Shown one piece after another: positions 1 through 12,506 of a stretch of DNA of 64,000 nt. Both the position numbers and the translations under genes were made by a program. Every line of letters begins with the position of its first letter. Position 1 is the first letter of the stretch. Source of the DNA: Cenococcum geophilum (Eukaryota); contig CP158635.1 of NCBI GenBank assembly GCA_050273025.1, positions 18,910,001 to 18,974,000 on the forward strand, read 5' to 3'. Under the pieces are notes generated by a model. It saw only the letters and a program-made list of their open reading frames with translations. It was not told the DNA's origin and did not search any database.

Positions 1-1385
1 TGCCCTAATATATTAACGCCTGCTGTTACCCAACTATTCCTAGATTACGTATAGAAACTCCACGGACTCCCTAAAACAATTATCTCCAATAGAGGTAGCC
101 AGTTTATCTCAGTATTCTAAAAAGAACTAACTACTTGACTCTACATTAAAGCACTATTGTCTACTATATATTACCTAGAAACGGATAGCCAAATAGAACG
201 CGTAAATACTATAATAGAACAGTATATTTGGATATACACGTCGTATTTATAGGATAACTAGATTAACTGGCTCGTATTCGCCGAGTTTACTATAAATAAT
301 TCCATCTCGGAAACCACGAAAGTCTTCCCATTCTTAGCCAATTACGGCTAGCACCCATAAATGGGTTTTGAACCCTTTAGTAATATTCCTTACCCTACTT
401 ATTACGCCTTACAAGTTATAGAAGTAAATAAATTCGTAGAGAAGATAGAGAAACTATAATAGTTCCTTACTAATAAGATAATATAGGCTTAATCTATCTA
501 TAAAGCCGCAGCGAATAAGAAATAAACCCTAGTACTAGCCTACCAAATTAGTAATTTTATCTGGCTAGATATAAGAAATCTAAACACGAAACAACCTACT
601 AAGAAACTTAATTAGAAGAACGCTGGCCCTTATAAGGTTAAAAAGGTTATCTCTCCTTATACCTACTAACTGAAGCTCCCTAATACGGTTAAAATCCACC
701 CCGTATTCTATACGTTAGTCCTCCGCCCTGCTACCCCTATATTAGACGCCCTGCCTAGATAGATATAAAACCCTCCCCTACCAGTTGAAGTAGATAGTAA
801 GAATAAGTACTTTATTAAAAGAATTAACGATATTAAGTATGATAAACGGAAACGCTAATATATATATCTTACGAAATGGAGAGGCTTTATTAAGTCCTTA
901 TAGGAACCCGTTAACTCTATAGGACTTATATAAGCCATAAAAGACTTTTATAAACTCCACCTAGAACTACCATAGCCCCATCTCGCAGAAGCTCAAGTTT
1001 AAAGGGGGGGTATTGTCACGGGACACCCCCGTAACACCTTGCACACGTCTACCTATTTCTACTAACTTAGCAATTAAAGACTAACCGCGAAATGGCAATT
1101 TAACGGCAATCTAATGGCAATCTAACGGTAATCTACGGCATTCTGCTATATTCTGCCAAGTTCTACCAAATTCTGCTAAGTTCTGCCAGGACTATAACCT
1201 AAACCCTATTCTGCCTATGCACGTGTTAACTAAGCAACTAAGTCAACAATATATACCCTTTCTTCCCGTTTTCCTACCTTCTTTCCTTACGCAACGTCTT
1301 GACCTCCTTACACAGTTTATGTATATAGCTTAATAATATCTACCTTGCTATATATATTATCGTCGCTTATACTCACTCCGTGACA
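1..1385 (+). mobile_element. 3' part of a RIP-degraded Ty3/Gypsy chromovirus-type LTR retrotransposon (integrase C-terminus, chromodomain, PPT, 3' LTR)
   Basis: Degenerate frame resembles LHGLP-x-IISxRGSQF, PETDxQxERVN, GPYKV, IHPVFH and YLTKWRG-x-WEP. PPT AAAGGGGGGG lies at 1001-1010, just before the LTR. Confidence 0.9.
1014..1385 (+). repeat. Gypsy 3' LTR (372 bp)
   Basis: Inverted termini TGTCACGG...CCGTGACA following a PPT; internal ~10-bp repeats (aatggcaatc, ttctgccaag). Confidence 0.85.
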
Positions 1386-1629
1386 GTTACCACTCCGTTA
1401 AAAGGAGATAGGGAAAACCGTGGGTCGCAATCCAAGCTGCTAGGTAGTATTTAGTAGTTGAAAACGGCAAGTAACTATATGCTCCGCGGGCGACTGCCCT
1501 AGGGGTTAGGAGGGGCCGTATATTTACTCGTTCGTTTGTTCACTCGTACGCTCGTTCGTCCGTTAATGTAAGGTCATTAATACTTTTTATTAGGGGCTAG
1601 GGGATGCTTTTAAAAGCTGTTTATCCACG

Positions 1630-3707
1630 TTGGATTATATAGGTGCTTAGTAGGAGAACTAGTGGCTATATTATAAAGGGGTACCATTAGTAGTAGTTTT
1701 CGAGATCTTACCATCCTATATAAAAACTTTTTACTACGCCCCACGACGCATATAACCACCAGGTCCTACTTACACGCGCTGTACAACGTCTCTGCGTTGG
1801 CTCTGGGTCTGAACTTCGAAGACCTAGGTTTGTAGCCGTCACCACGTACAGGTGCAGAATCTGTTTTCGACGGCCGGATCTACCTAAATATAGAGCCCCG
1901 TTAGAGCTATTACTATTAATTATTAACCCTTAAAAGACTACGTTCTTAACTCTTAGTAATAATAAAAAGGAAGAGCTTTAAGCTCTATAGAAATACTATA
2001 ACCGTATTTGTAAGAAGTATAAGAAAGAGGAAGCCGCCCTTAGATCTCTGCGTACCTATATTATTAGCACAATCTCTTATAACTATATTAGCTATATCTT
2101 TAAAGGCAATACTATCTACGATGTCCTTATATTACTTAAGCAGGCTATTGCTCTAACTAATAACATTTAGAAGTTTAACTTAGCTACTTAATACTAGAAG
2201 ATAAAGAAGGCCCTAGAAAGTTAGAATATTAAGAAGTGGCTTTATAAATAGGAGAAGGTATATAAGAATTGTAGAAAGGTTAATCTACCTAAGGTAGATG
2301 GCGATTGACCGGTTAAAGACTTTGTATATACCGTTAAATCTATCTTATTAAATTTGTTAAAATACTAGCTAAACAAATTACAAAAGCTTAAGTAGAAGAA
2401 GGAACATCTACCTACCCTTTATAATATTATTAAAGTCTACTATAATTACCGTCGCTTAGAGTTAGCTTAGAAGGTGAGAAGCTAGCATAGATTTAAAGGA
2501 GAGCTAATTAATAAGCCTAAATTAAAAGATAAATTATATACTAAACCGGAAGCAGAGTCTTTAAAAAGGATAGATAAGAAGAAATAGATAAAGCTATACT
2601 TATATAAACTGATTTACCTATATAAGAACTATTACTATCTTATTAAGTTAATTTAACCATTAGGATAGAAACTAAATAATTTAAGAAAGTAGTTAGTAGA
2701 GCAGAAGCTTGCTAATTCTTTACCTAAATTTAAGGCTATAATTAATTAGTTAAGGAACAAAACCTTGTCTAATAAGAAGCTAAATAATATAGAGTAGAAG
2801 AGCTTACCTAGCAACCTATTAGGAAGCTTCGCAGTTTATTAAGCTAGAGCTTACATTATATTTAATTACGCTCTCTATAATAGTATAATTCTTAACCCTA
2901 TAGTAACCTTATATGTTATTAATAACTAAGTAAGGTTTATAGGAAATATCTAACTAGTTAGTAATTAGGTATATACCAGATCTAGTATAAAAAAATTAAG
3001 GCTTTAGAACAGCTAAAGTTATAGTTATTACCCTATTAGAAAAGTAGAAGATTTATCTAAATAAGACTGCGTATATATTAGGATTTTATATAAATCTAAT
3101 CTGCAATTATAGACCTAATAAAAAGGAAGTCTTTTAGTATAATAAGTATAACTACCTCTACTATTGCGGTAGTAAGAAGTTCGTATATTGCGGATATTAC
3201 TATAGTTAGATAACTCTTAAATATAACAAATTAAAACTAAAGATAATAGAGGATGTATCCTTTATAGCTTAATTAACGGAACCTTTACCGAATTAAAAGG
3301 TAGACGGACGGCTTTAGTATAGTCAACTTAGATATATAGGAGGTGCTATAATTAAGAAATTACTTAAGGAGTAACTGGGGCAATTATATAAGGCCCTATA
3401 ATAATTAAATATAAAACCTATATAGTTAGCAAGGCTTATAAGGTAATATTAAAAAGGACACCTATAGATAAGGCGATAAGGCCTTTCTACTATATATATA
3501 TAGATTTAATTTAAGAAATTAAAGCTTATAATAGGCACCAATACGCTATCTATTTCCTTAATAATCTAGCCTAAATAAATAAGGTTAAGATACTCACGAA
3601 GAAGTTATTAACCACTTAAGTAATTATCTAATATTATAATATAATTAAGCAACGCTACGGCTTTAAAGTTGTTATAATCTATATTAATAATAAAATATCG
3701 CTTAGAG
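1630..3707 (+). mobile_element. 5' part of a RIP-degraded Ty1/Copia element (gag, protease, start of integrase), cut by a Gypsy insertion; 5' boundary uncertain
   Basis: De-RIPed frame shows a protease-like IILDPxATxHVxN (~2880-2925), WHxRLGH (~3315), a CxxC zinc finger and integrase N-terminus (~3410-3705). Protease-then-integrase order indicates Copia. Confidence 0.75.
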
Positions 3708-5161
3708 TGTCACAGCACTAACATAACGCATACTGTTTCGTACTGTCTTATACTGTTCTGTACTATCTTATACTATTTCCTACTATTAGCTGGCCCACCA
3801 CTAGCGCCTTAGCGGCTAGCCCTACTATTTATATACAATACCCCTTTTACCTTCCTCTCCTCTTTATACTATAACGTAGTTATTTAGTCTACTTTATTAC
3901 AGCACTATAACAGTTTATAGTATCCCTAATTATGCCCTATCGCAACCTCTATTTTTTCCCAGTCTATTATTTCCGTTTTTCTAGCGTAATTGCAACCCGG
4001 CGCGACCAATAACACTATACTATAGTCCTAAACAACCCTAGCACAGCCCTAGACAATCTCAGTATATTCTTAAATAATTTTAATATTACAGCCAGCCTTA
4101 TAGACTTTAATTATCTTACCTAGATCCCTTAAAATGGGTAACTATAATATAGATAATACCCTATTAGCGAATACACGCAAAGCACTTACCTACCTCTTTA
4201 ATACCTCCTATACCTATTATTAGAAACACAGGGCAAATTACCAATACTACTTAAGTAGATACAGTAATGGAAAAGGTTGTTATTCTAGATAGGGGAGGGT
4301 AAGGAATTTAAGGTTCCTCACCACACTAGTGCCGCGACGGCACGTGACGGCAAGTTGCCTTACGTAACGGCAATATGCCGCACATAAGGGCAAATTGCCT
4401 TATTCCCGACACTAGCAACTCTTCTTTTTATAGTTGCTATCTATATATAAATAGACAGTATATAACAATATAACTATAGGCAGACTATAGCAGAATTTGG
4501 TAGGTAATACGCCTTATTTTATTAACCCGGACTTCTACTAACTAATTACGATTTTCTATCCCCAGGATAGAAAATTGCTATTAGCTCGCTTACTACTAGC
4601 GCCTTAGCGGCCATCGCCGTATCTTCTACTCCCTCTTAACCTAACCTTTAACTCGTACACGTAGAGTATTTATATTAACAAACGTCTCTAGTGCCTTATT
4701 TAGGTTTACCTTCGTTATTACATCTACTAGGTTATCTTAGCCATTAATCTATTAAATCTTAAAGAGTTCTTAACGCTTATAAGATTGCCGTAGTGCCATA
4801 ATATTAATTATAAGGCGCTTCTTCTTTATAGTACTAAGCTTAACTAAACACTTATAAAGGGAATATAAGTCGGTGTATACAATTATAGGGATAATAGGGA
4901 GTTTAAGTTAATCTGTAATTATCTTTAAGGTAATTCCAATTATAATTACCATGTTAACTCCGCTAACTATTCTATATATCTCTAATACTAGAACGCTTTA
5001 AGTAACGCGTTTACTCTTAGTTAAGCTCTAATAGATAAGATTACCGTAGATTATAAAGTTACTTTCTCTAGTAAATTTGTTCGCGATAATAATCTTATAT
5101 CCTAGCTAGGAGCTAAAATCTTTATTATTTATAAACGATCTATTAATAAATACAAAAAGCT

Positions 5162-6533
5162 TTTTTTTTTTTTTTATTTTTTTTTTTTATATCCGTTGTA
5201 TTATACTATGTACAATACTGCGCATGCAGCCTCTAGGCTATGGCGCTATAGTTCTATATACATGAATCCTTTCTAGGCAGCTTAACATGTACTAGTAGCT
5301 AAGTGGACACTCTGGCCCGTTTTTAAAATGCTAGGGGAGCTCTAGTGACTGGTGTTTTTTCGTTCTGGTATTTTGCTTACTATAGTCTAGTTCACACCAA
5401 GAAAACTAAGGAAATCCTGGCTCTTTTATCTATTTCTGCCGTATTCTGCCGTTCCTAAAGTAGAAAAAGCGCTCTAAAAGAATAATTTTTATTAAATAGT
5501 TTTGCACTTAAGAATAAGAGGCGTTACAATAGCTTGCTAGCTTGGAAGCAGCTACCAATTACCCCTAAAGCGACTTTTTATCCTGTACCCTATCTCTTCT
5601 CCTTGCTAAAGAAATGGGTAGGGAATTAGTAATTAATAGCTACTCTCCCCAAAAGTAGGCTATTAATGGTATTTTATAAGGGCGAACCTCGTTACATAAA
5701 CCTACTCCCATAGGAAAATTTTCACGAGGTTGTCTGTATAGGGTATAAACACCAATTCGCCTATACACCTTATATTTAACGTGCTAATGGTAACACGGGC
5801 CGGCCCCCTTCCCCTATCCCCATAGCTACCCTAGCAGTGCATCGTCTGCGGTACGCCTACGGTGCGCCTACGGTACGCCTGCGGTCCTCTATAGTTTGAT
5901 TGCCTATAGCGCGACAGCCGTAGACCGGTTATAGTAGAGGTCGTCTACAGTATAACGGCTGTAGACTGGTTGTAGAAGGTCGTCTGCTCTGCAGCAGACT
6001 GGTTGTAGAGGAGGTCGTCTGCCCTACGGCAGACTGGTTGTAGAGGAGGTTGTCTGCCCTGCGGCAGACAGTTGTAGAGGAGGTCGTCTACCCTGCGGCA
6101 GACTGGTTGTAGAGGAGGTTGTCTGCCCTGCGGCAGACAGTTATAGAGGAGGTCGTCTACCCTGCGGCAGACTGGTTGTAGAGGAGGTCGTCTGCCCTGC
6201 GGCAGACTGGTTGTAGAGGAGGTCGTCTGCCCTACGGCAGACAGTTGTAGAGGAGGTCGTCTGCCCTGCGGCAGACAGTTGTAGAGGAGGTCGTCTGCCC
6301 TGCGGCAGACAGTTATAGAGGGGGTCGTCTGCTCTGCGGCAGACTGGTTGTAGAGGAGGTCGTCTGCTCTGTGGCAGACTGGTTGTAGAGGAGGTCGTCT
6401 GCTCTGTGGCAGACTGGTTGTGGTGGAATCGTTGGTTGTGGTAGCTAGCGTCGTGGTGACGTGTCTTTAGGGGGTATACAAACGGCGGCGCCCTTGCGAC
6501 GACGGACGGAGGAGCAAAGGGGAGGCGACGGAG
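5162..6533 (-). mobile_element. ~1.37-kb non-autonomous poly(A)-tailed retroposon inserted in the Copia RT/RNaseH junction
   Basis: Poly(T) tract 5161-5188 on the + strand. Direct repeat AAAAGCT at 5155-5161 and 6534-6540. The Copia frame ...PTAK-LF-VF... is restored when the insert is removed. Confidence 0.8.
5995..6421. repeat. Tandem array of ~12 x 34/35-bp units (CAGACTGGTTGTAGAGGAGGTCGTCTGCCCTGCGG)
   Basis: Read directly; two more degenerate units lie at ~5920-5995. Confidence 0.95.
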
Positions 6534-9500
6534 AAAAGCTTAGCGGTAGGAAGGTTAATAGGCATATAGAGCAGTCCTTAATCAAGATGGCTCCTTTGCT
6601 AGAAAAAACGCTTATTTAGGGCAAGAATATCCTCCTTAGTTAGTTCTTAGTATTAAGCGGCAATAGAGAGATTAAAGGAAGCTTTAGGTTAATAGATAAA
6701 AGCCATATAAGCTCTATAAGCGCGTTACTCCACATATCCTTACTTCAGAGAATTAACGTTAATAACGTTAATCTTCTTACCTTAACCTTTCTGGCGTAGG
6801 GCAATAGAATCCTTATTTAGGGAAATAATGCATCCATTAAAGAGTAATAGTGTTATTAAATTAAGTCTTTCCTTTAGCTTTACTATAAGATTTACCTTTA
6901 CTAGCTCATCTTCTTTAAGAGCTAAGAATTAGTTATCTCCTAAGATAATTATATCGTCTATTTATATACTAACAATTCTAAATAGAGTTCCTATGGCTAT
7001 AATAAGGAAGCAGGGATTAAATATAGAAGTAGTTATTAAAAGCTTCTCTTTATAGTGCTTGCTGTAAATAGCCTACCAATAAGTTCCTGCCTCTGCAATT
7101 CTATATAGTGGCTTAAGTATAACTATAATTATATCTTCGGGATATTAGTGGCGAATTTACTCTAAAAGGTATGCTAGTATTAAGCGCTAAAGGCGTGTCT
7201 CTAATTAGGTATAGGCCTAGGTAATATCTTATAAATAAACCGCCATTCTATTTTTTATTAAGGAGGGAGCTAGCGCAATAATAACTTACTAACTAGCTTG
7301 TTAAATTATAGGGGATTATATAAAAATTACTTCCTTACTATCGTTATTATAACCTTAAATAACTAGCCTTAACTTCTTAAATAGGGTATTAGTAGCTTTA
7401 CCTTTAATCTTATTAACTATTCTTAACCTAAATATATAAACCCTATTAAACTTAGTAGGGTTATACTTCTTAAACTTAAAGACTTCTCTTATAATAAGAC
7501 CGTTAATTTCCTGCTTATTAGATGCTTAGAAAGGAGCTCCTAGAGTTATAATACGGCCTTTTTTTTAGAGCTGTTTTGCGAGCTTAAAGTCAGCCTTCTT
7601 TTTAGCTATTATAAAGGCCATTAATAGCTTAACTCTATTCTTAATAGCGGTAATAAGTTACTCTTTAAAATTAATAAGGTGTTAGCGGTTTCGTAATTCT
7701 TTTAGGCGACCTCTACCGCGTTATAGTTACGGCGTATCTACTATAGTTATATTAGGGTCGTAGTCACCTTCTAAGGCACGTTAATTATAATTCTCCTCTA
7801 GGGCATCTTCTAGGGTATCTTCTAGGGTATCCTATAAAGGCTCGGAACTATTATCTTTATAGTAAGGCTTAATAACAGTTAAATAAAATTAAGTAGGTCT
7901 ATAGGGCATCTAAAGAGTATAAGTCTAACTATTAATTATAATAAGTTTATATAGGCCTAACTATCCTCCCTTTTTACACTATATGCGTACCTTAGATTAG
8001 AGTAGCAGATTAAGCATAGTTAAGGTATTTAGGCCATTTCTTATTTCTAGTGCATCGTTAACCTAGCGCGTGGCGTAGAGACGTTATACCTCCTTTATTA
8101 CCTTATAAATCGCCTTAACTTATTATATAATGGAGGGAGATAGTAGAGAATTATTAGTTATTTAAGAGTAGGCGCTAAAGACTAGTAACGTAAGTACGAG
8201 CCTATCTGGGCCAGCGGTATTATTAATAGCCTTAATAGCCATCTATAGAATAAGCTCTTTATTAGCACCCTCTAGTTCTAAAGAAATAATCTTATATACG
8301 CGGCGTAATGGCGTATAGTATTGTTTTACCTTTTTAATACTATTATATGCCTTAACGGGGACTTCCTTAACCTTAATTATTATTACCTTTACCTATTATT
8401 AAAACTCCGTAGATAAGAAGTTTTTTCCTATATCGTAAATAATTTAATTAGGGGGTTTTAGGTAGATATTAATCTAGTATAATTAAAGAGTATCCTATAC
8501 GTTCCTAGCTAATATATCTTTTAAAAAGCGTACGGCTTAGAAGGAGGTTAAAAAGTTAATAACTTAGAGTACTAGCTTGCCGCTAAAATATATAACATCT
8601 ATAATAATATAGAAGTTAAAGTTATAGTTATCTTTAAGGGTAAACTTAAATTGGCTAGGGGACTTCTAGTTTATTTAGCAGTAATAGCAGTACTTTATAA
8701 GATATTTAATCGCCTTAACCTTAACTTTATAACCTACTTGTTAAAGAACCCTAAGCAGTTAGTAAATGGATAGGTGGCTAAAATAATAATATAGTTAACG
8801 TAGCTCTAACTTAGTTAAGTGACTTTAAGTAATACTCCTTTCTGGCTGTTAAAGGAGTAACTAAGGGTAACCCCACTTGCGTATAACGGGCACCCAATTA
8901 TCTCCCTAAATAAGTATATTCTTAAGGTTGTTAAGCTTAACGCCTAATTTATCTATATCTTAGATATAGAATAGGAATAGAGTATTCGTGGGAATAATAT
9001 AGAAAGTAATATATCCTAATAGGGTTTAGACCTTAATTATGCCGAGAGAGATTATAGTACCCTTACTAAAGCAAATTATATATTAGCCTACCGTTAATTA
9101 GTTAATTTAAACAGAACTATTAAGCTACTAAAGAGCTTAGACTTAAGGTTCTCCTACTATAGATACTCCTACGGCTTTAGTATCTAGTATAATACTATAA
9201 AAGACGTTCGCTAAGTATCTATTATTAAAGGAAAACATAGAACTTTCCTTTAGCTTATTAAAGATATCTAACCTTATAACAGAATGGAGTATAGATTAGT
9301 TATTAAGGATAGCAATAGTTTATGTGCCATTTACCTTACTATACTCGGTAAAGTATTAGTTAGGAGAGTAGTCCTTAATTTCTATATCTATAAGAAGCTA
9401 TTTAGCCTTATTAATCTTACCCTTAAGATCTTCTTCGCCTTTATATTAAACCAGGAAGCTTTAGAAGTAGGCTATAGTAACTTCTTAGTTTTTAATATTT

Positions 9501-12500
9501 TGTGCGCTCTAGCAAAACTTATTATATACCTTCTTTTGTCTATTAAGGGGGTATCTAGTTAACTAGTAATTTAGCTTCTTATAAACGTAACATTTTTTCT
9601 GCTAATTATTACAAAATAAACCTCTACAAGGACCTCCATAATTGCTTTATAGTTAACGTTAATTATACCCTTTACCGTATCCCCTACCACAACCACTATA
9701 TATTTAATTAGTCTAGTTATAATTATATTAGTTAGCCGGGTCGATTAAAGTAGGTTAGAGTTAGGCGTTAAATTACTATACTTCTTAAGAGCATAGGGCG
9801 GTGCTAATAGAAGATCTTAATTAAGTATACACTCCTTTATAAGTACTTGCAGGGTTAAAAAGAGTAAGGTTATATTCTTTAACGCCTTAGTATATACTAA
9901 TAACTTAATTGCATAGGCTAAAGTCCTCTTAATATAATTTAGATAAACTACACTAAATTATCTAAAGTTAATTAAAGAGCTTTTAAAGATAATTAAGTTA
10001 AGAGGCACCTGGGTTTATAGCAATAATTCTTAAAAAGGTAGTCTCTCTCTACTCTAATATATACTACTACTTATTCTCCTCTATTTTAAAGTAGTATCTT
10101 ATTTTATATATTATTTAGTTAAAATTATATCCTTTTCCTACTAAATAATTATAATAGAAGGTACTAGCTCAGCCCTTAAGCATAACTAAATAAGTAATAT
10201 GGTATTAATTAGGTTCTAGTCTAACCTTCTAGTAACAGTTATAGAAGATACGTAACTTTAAATTAAGGATATTATACAGTTCTCCGCTAAACTTCTTCTT
10301 TTATTTTAAATAGAGCTTTATAAGCTCTATAAGCATTTTTAAGGTACCTCTAATTAGTGTTTGGCTGCATTATATTATAGGCTATAATAATAATATAGAT
10401 CTAGTCGGCGGAGTTTAAAGGTTATTAGACCGTGAAGTAAGGGGATCTTATACTTATTAGGGGTTGTTAATTAAGGCTATAGGTTAAGCTAGTTAATATA
10501 GGGGAGTTAAAGACAGAGGTGGAGGCGATAGATATAGAATATTAGAACTTATACCTAGAGTAATAGAGTTAGAACGCGTCTCTAGTGGTATATTACTTAG
10601 GTTCCATTATAATTTAAGCTTCTTTATAGTGCGTAGTTAGTGCTTAATCTCTTATAAAGTCTATTTATACTTTTTCTTTATATTAATAACGTGTTCCTAA
10701 ATATTATCCCTAATACTACCCCTATCTATAGGGACAAATACTCTATACTCCTAAAGGAAGTTACGGAAGTCCTATATAATATCTTTATTTATAAAAACCT
10801 ATATTTCCTTTATCTATTTAATAAAGTCCTCCTTTATACAATACCATAGCACGGTATTATTGTATTTGCTATCTTTATAGTATTCCATACGGTATACTAA
10901 AAATCCATTTAGGTCCTATTGCTTAGCGGTTATAAAGTTAGTTATGGCTCTGTCCTATATCTCCAGGTTAATATCTTTCTTATACTTCTTTAGATAGGTT
11001 AATGCCATAGTAAGTAGAATTAATAAGGTGTTGTATGTCGAAGGTAGGCAGGATTTTCGGTTTTATAGGATTTCGTAGGTTTGCTGTCTAAAGGTGGGCA
11101 ATTTAAGATATTGTTTGACGCGTTTTGGACGTTAACTTAGGACCTTAGGTTTAATAACACTTCTAACCTAAAGTACTTAACTAAATCTTTGTAAACGTGA
11201 TTGTTCTATATAATAGACGCAACTTAGTATCTCCTAGTACTTAGTAATACTTCTATTACTAGTTTTCCGCAAGTCTAAGGTAGTATAGTGTCGCCGGGAT
11301 CCATTCCATATAAGCGCATATAGCACCCCTATATAAAACTATCTCTTCTATTAATAACCTAGCTGCTCTATAGTTAACTGTATATTTAACCACTAATTAG
11401 TGTTAGAAATATAGGGCAAATCACTAATACTACTTAAGTAGATACAGTAATGGAAAAGGTTGTTATTCTAGATAGGGGAGGGTAAGGAATTTAAGGTTCC
11501 TCACCACGCTAGTGCCGCGACGGCACGTGATGGCAAGTTGCCTCACGTGACGGCAATATGCCGCACGTAAGGGCAAATTGCCTTATTCCCGACACCTATA
11601 TTACCTAGGTAATTAGGAGTAATCTGGAGTCCCTAAGGACCTTAATATAGCAGGAACATTCTAGCACTTCTTTATATATATAACTTTTTTAACTAGCGTT
11701 AAGAGCGGTCTCTAAGTTATTTATAATAAAGGCCGAACTATAAAGTCCTAATTTAAAGAAGCTTAGTATAGAATTAACTCCCTTAAGACGCTTAAACTAT
11801 ATATACAACAATATAAATAGTAAGCTTTTATAAATACTAAGACCATATAAAGTCTAAGCTTTTAGATTACTATACTTACTTAGACTATTGCCGATAAGAA
11901 TACCACTACTAGCTTCCCTCTTTTAACTAAGCCCCGTAAAAAAAAGCGTAAAGTAAAAGATCTAACCCCGTTTAATGGTAAAGGATTACTAACTAAAAAG
12001 TAAGAAATTTTTAAAATATAGGAAATAAAAATCTAAGGCGTTTTTTAGAGGGATATAAAGTACTTTAAACCCCTAATAGACAAAGTCCTCTATATATTAG
12101 ACATGCTAATAAATAAGGCTTATAACTATGTTAAGTATAGCCTTAATATGCTATGTATATACCTAAATAACTTAAGTAAATAAACTATCTCCAACTAAGA
12201 GTCTATATTTATATATATAAGGATTATAAGTTTTCCTAAATAAACTTCTTAAGTGCTCTTAACTTTTCTTTAGTTAGTTTATATATTGGAAAGAACCTTA
12301 GACTTATTTCTAGTTCTCATTCTATTTTATAGTCCTATACTATATACTTTAATAGCTTTTTACTTTCTAGGCTCTATAGCTTTTTGCCGTATTTATAGTA
12401 TCTCTTTAATATATAACTTAAACCCTTTTTAATTTCTTTATAGGTTACTCTAACTTAGTAGCTATACGCCTCTTATATTATTAAGTATTTTTAATATTAA

Positions 12501-12506
12501 CCTATC

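Larger units (their letters stand above)
4218..11594 (-). mobile_element. Full-length RIP-degraded Ty1/Copia retrotransposon with 194-bp LTRs (4218-4411, 11401-11594) and TSD CCTAT
   Basis: Paired near-identical LTRs; CCTAT at 4213-4217 and 11595-11599. The minus strand gives RT and RNaseH motifs (PLYGIAEAG, RAxGAYxAxICQPEAxFDLS, LFVFxDGSFANNKD) and integrase. Confidence 0.92.
3708..12222 (+). mobile_element. 5' part of a Gypsy element (LTR 3708-3912 plus gag), split by the Copia at 4218-11594 and truncated at ~12222
   Basis: LTR TGTCACAG...CTATAACA (RIPed CTGTGACA). Gag-like KVKDPTPFxGK at ~11950 continues after the Copia TSD. Confidence 0.65.

Noticed and set aside
1386..1630. Possible LINE 3' UTR or other TE fragment
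   Set aside because: No tail, TSD or coding motif could be established.
5995..6421. CRISPR-like array (35-bp palindromic repeats)
   Set aside because: Units are contiguous with no unique spacers, there are no cas genes, and the context is fungal.
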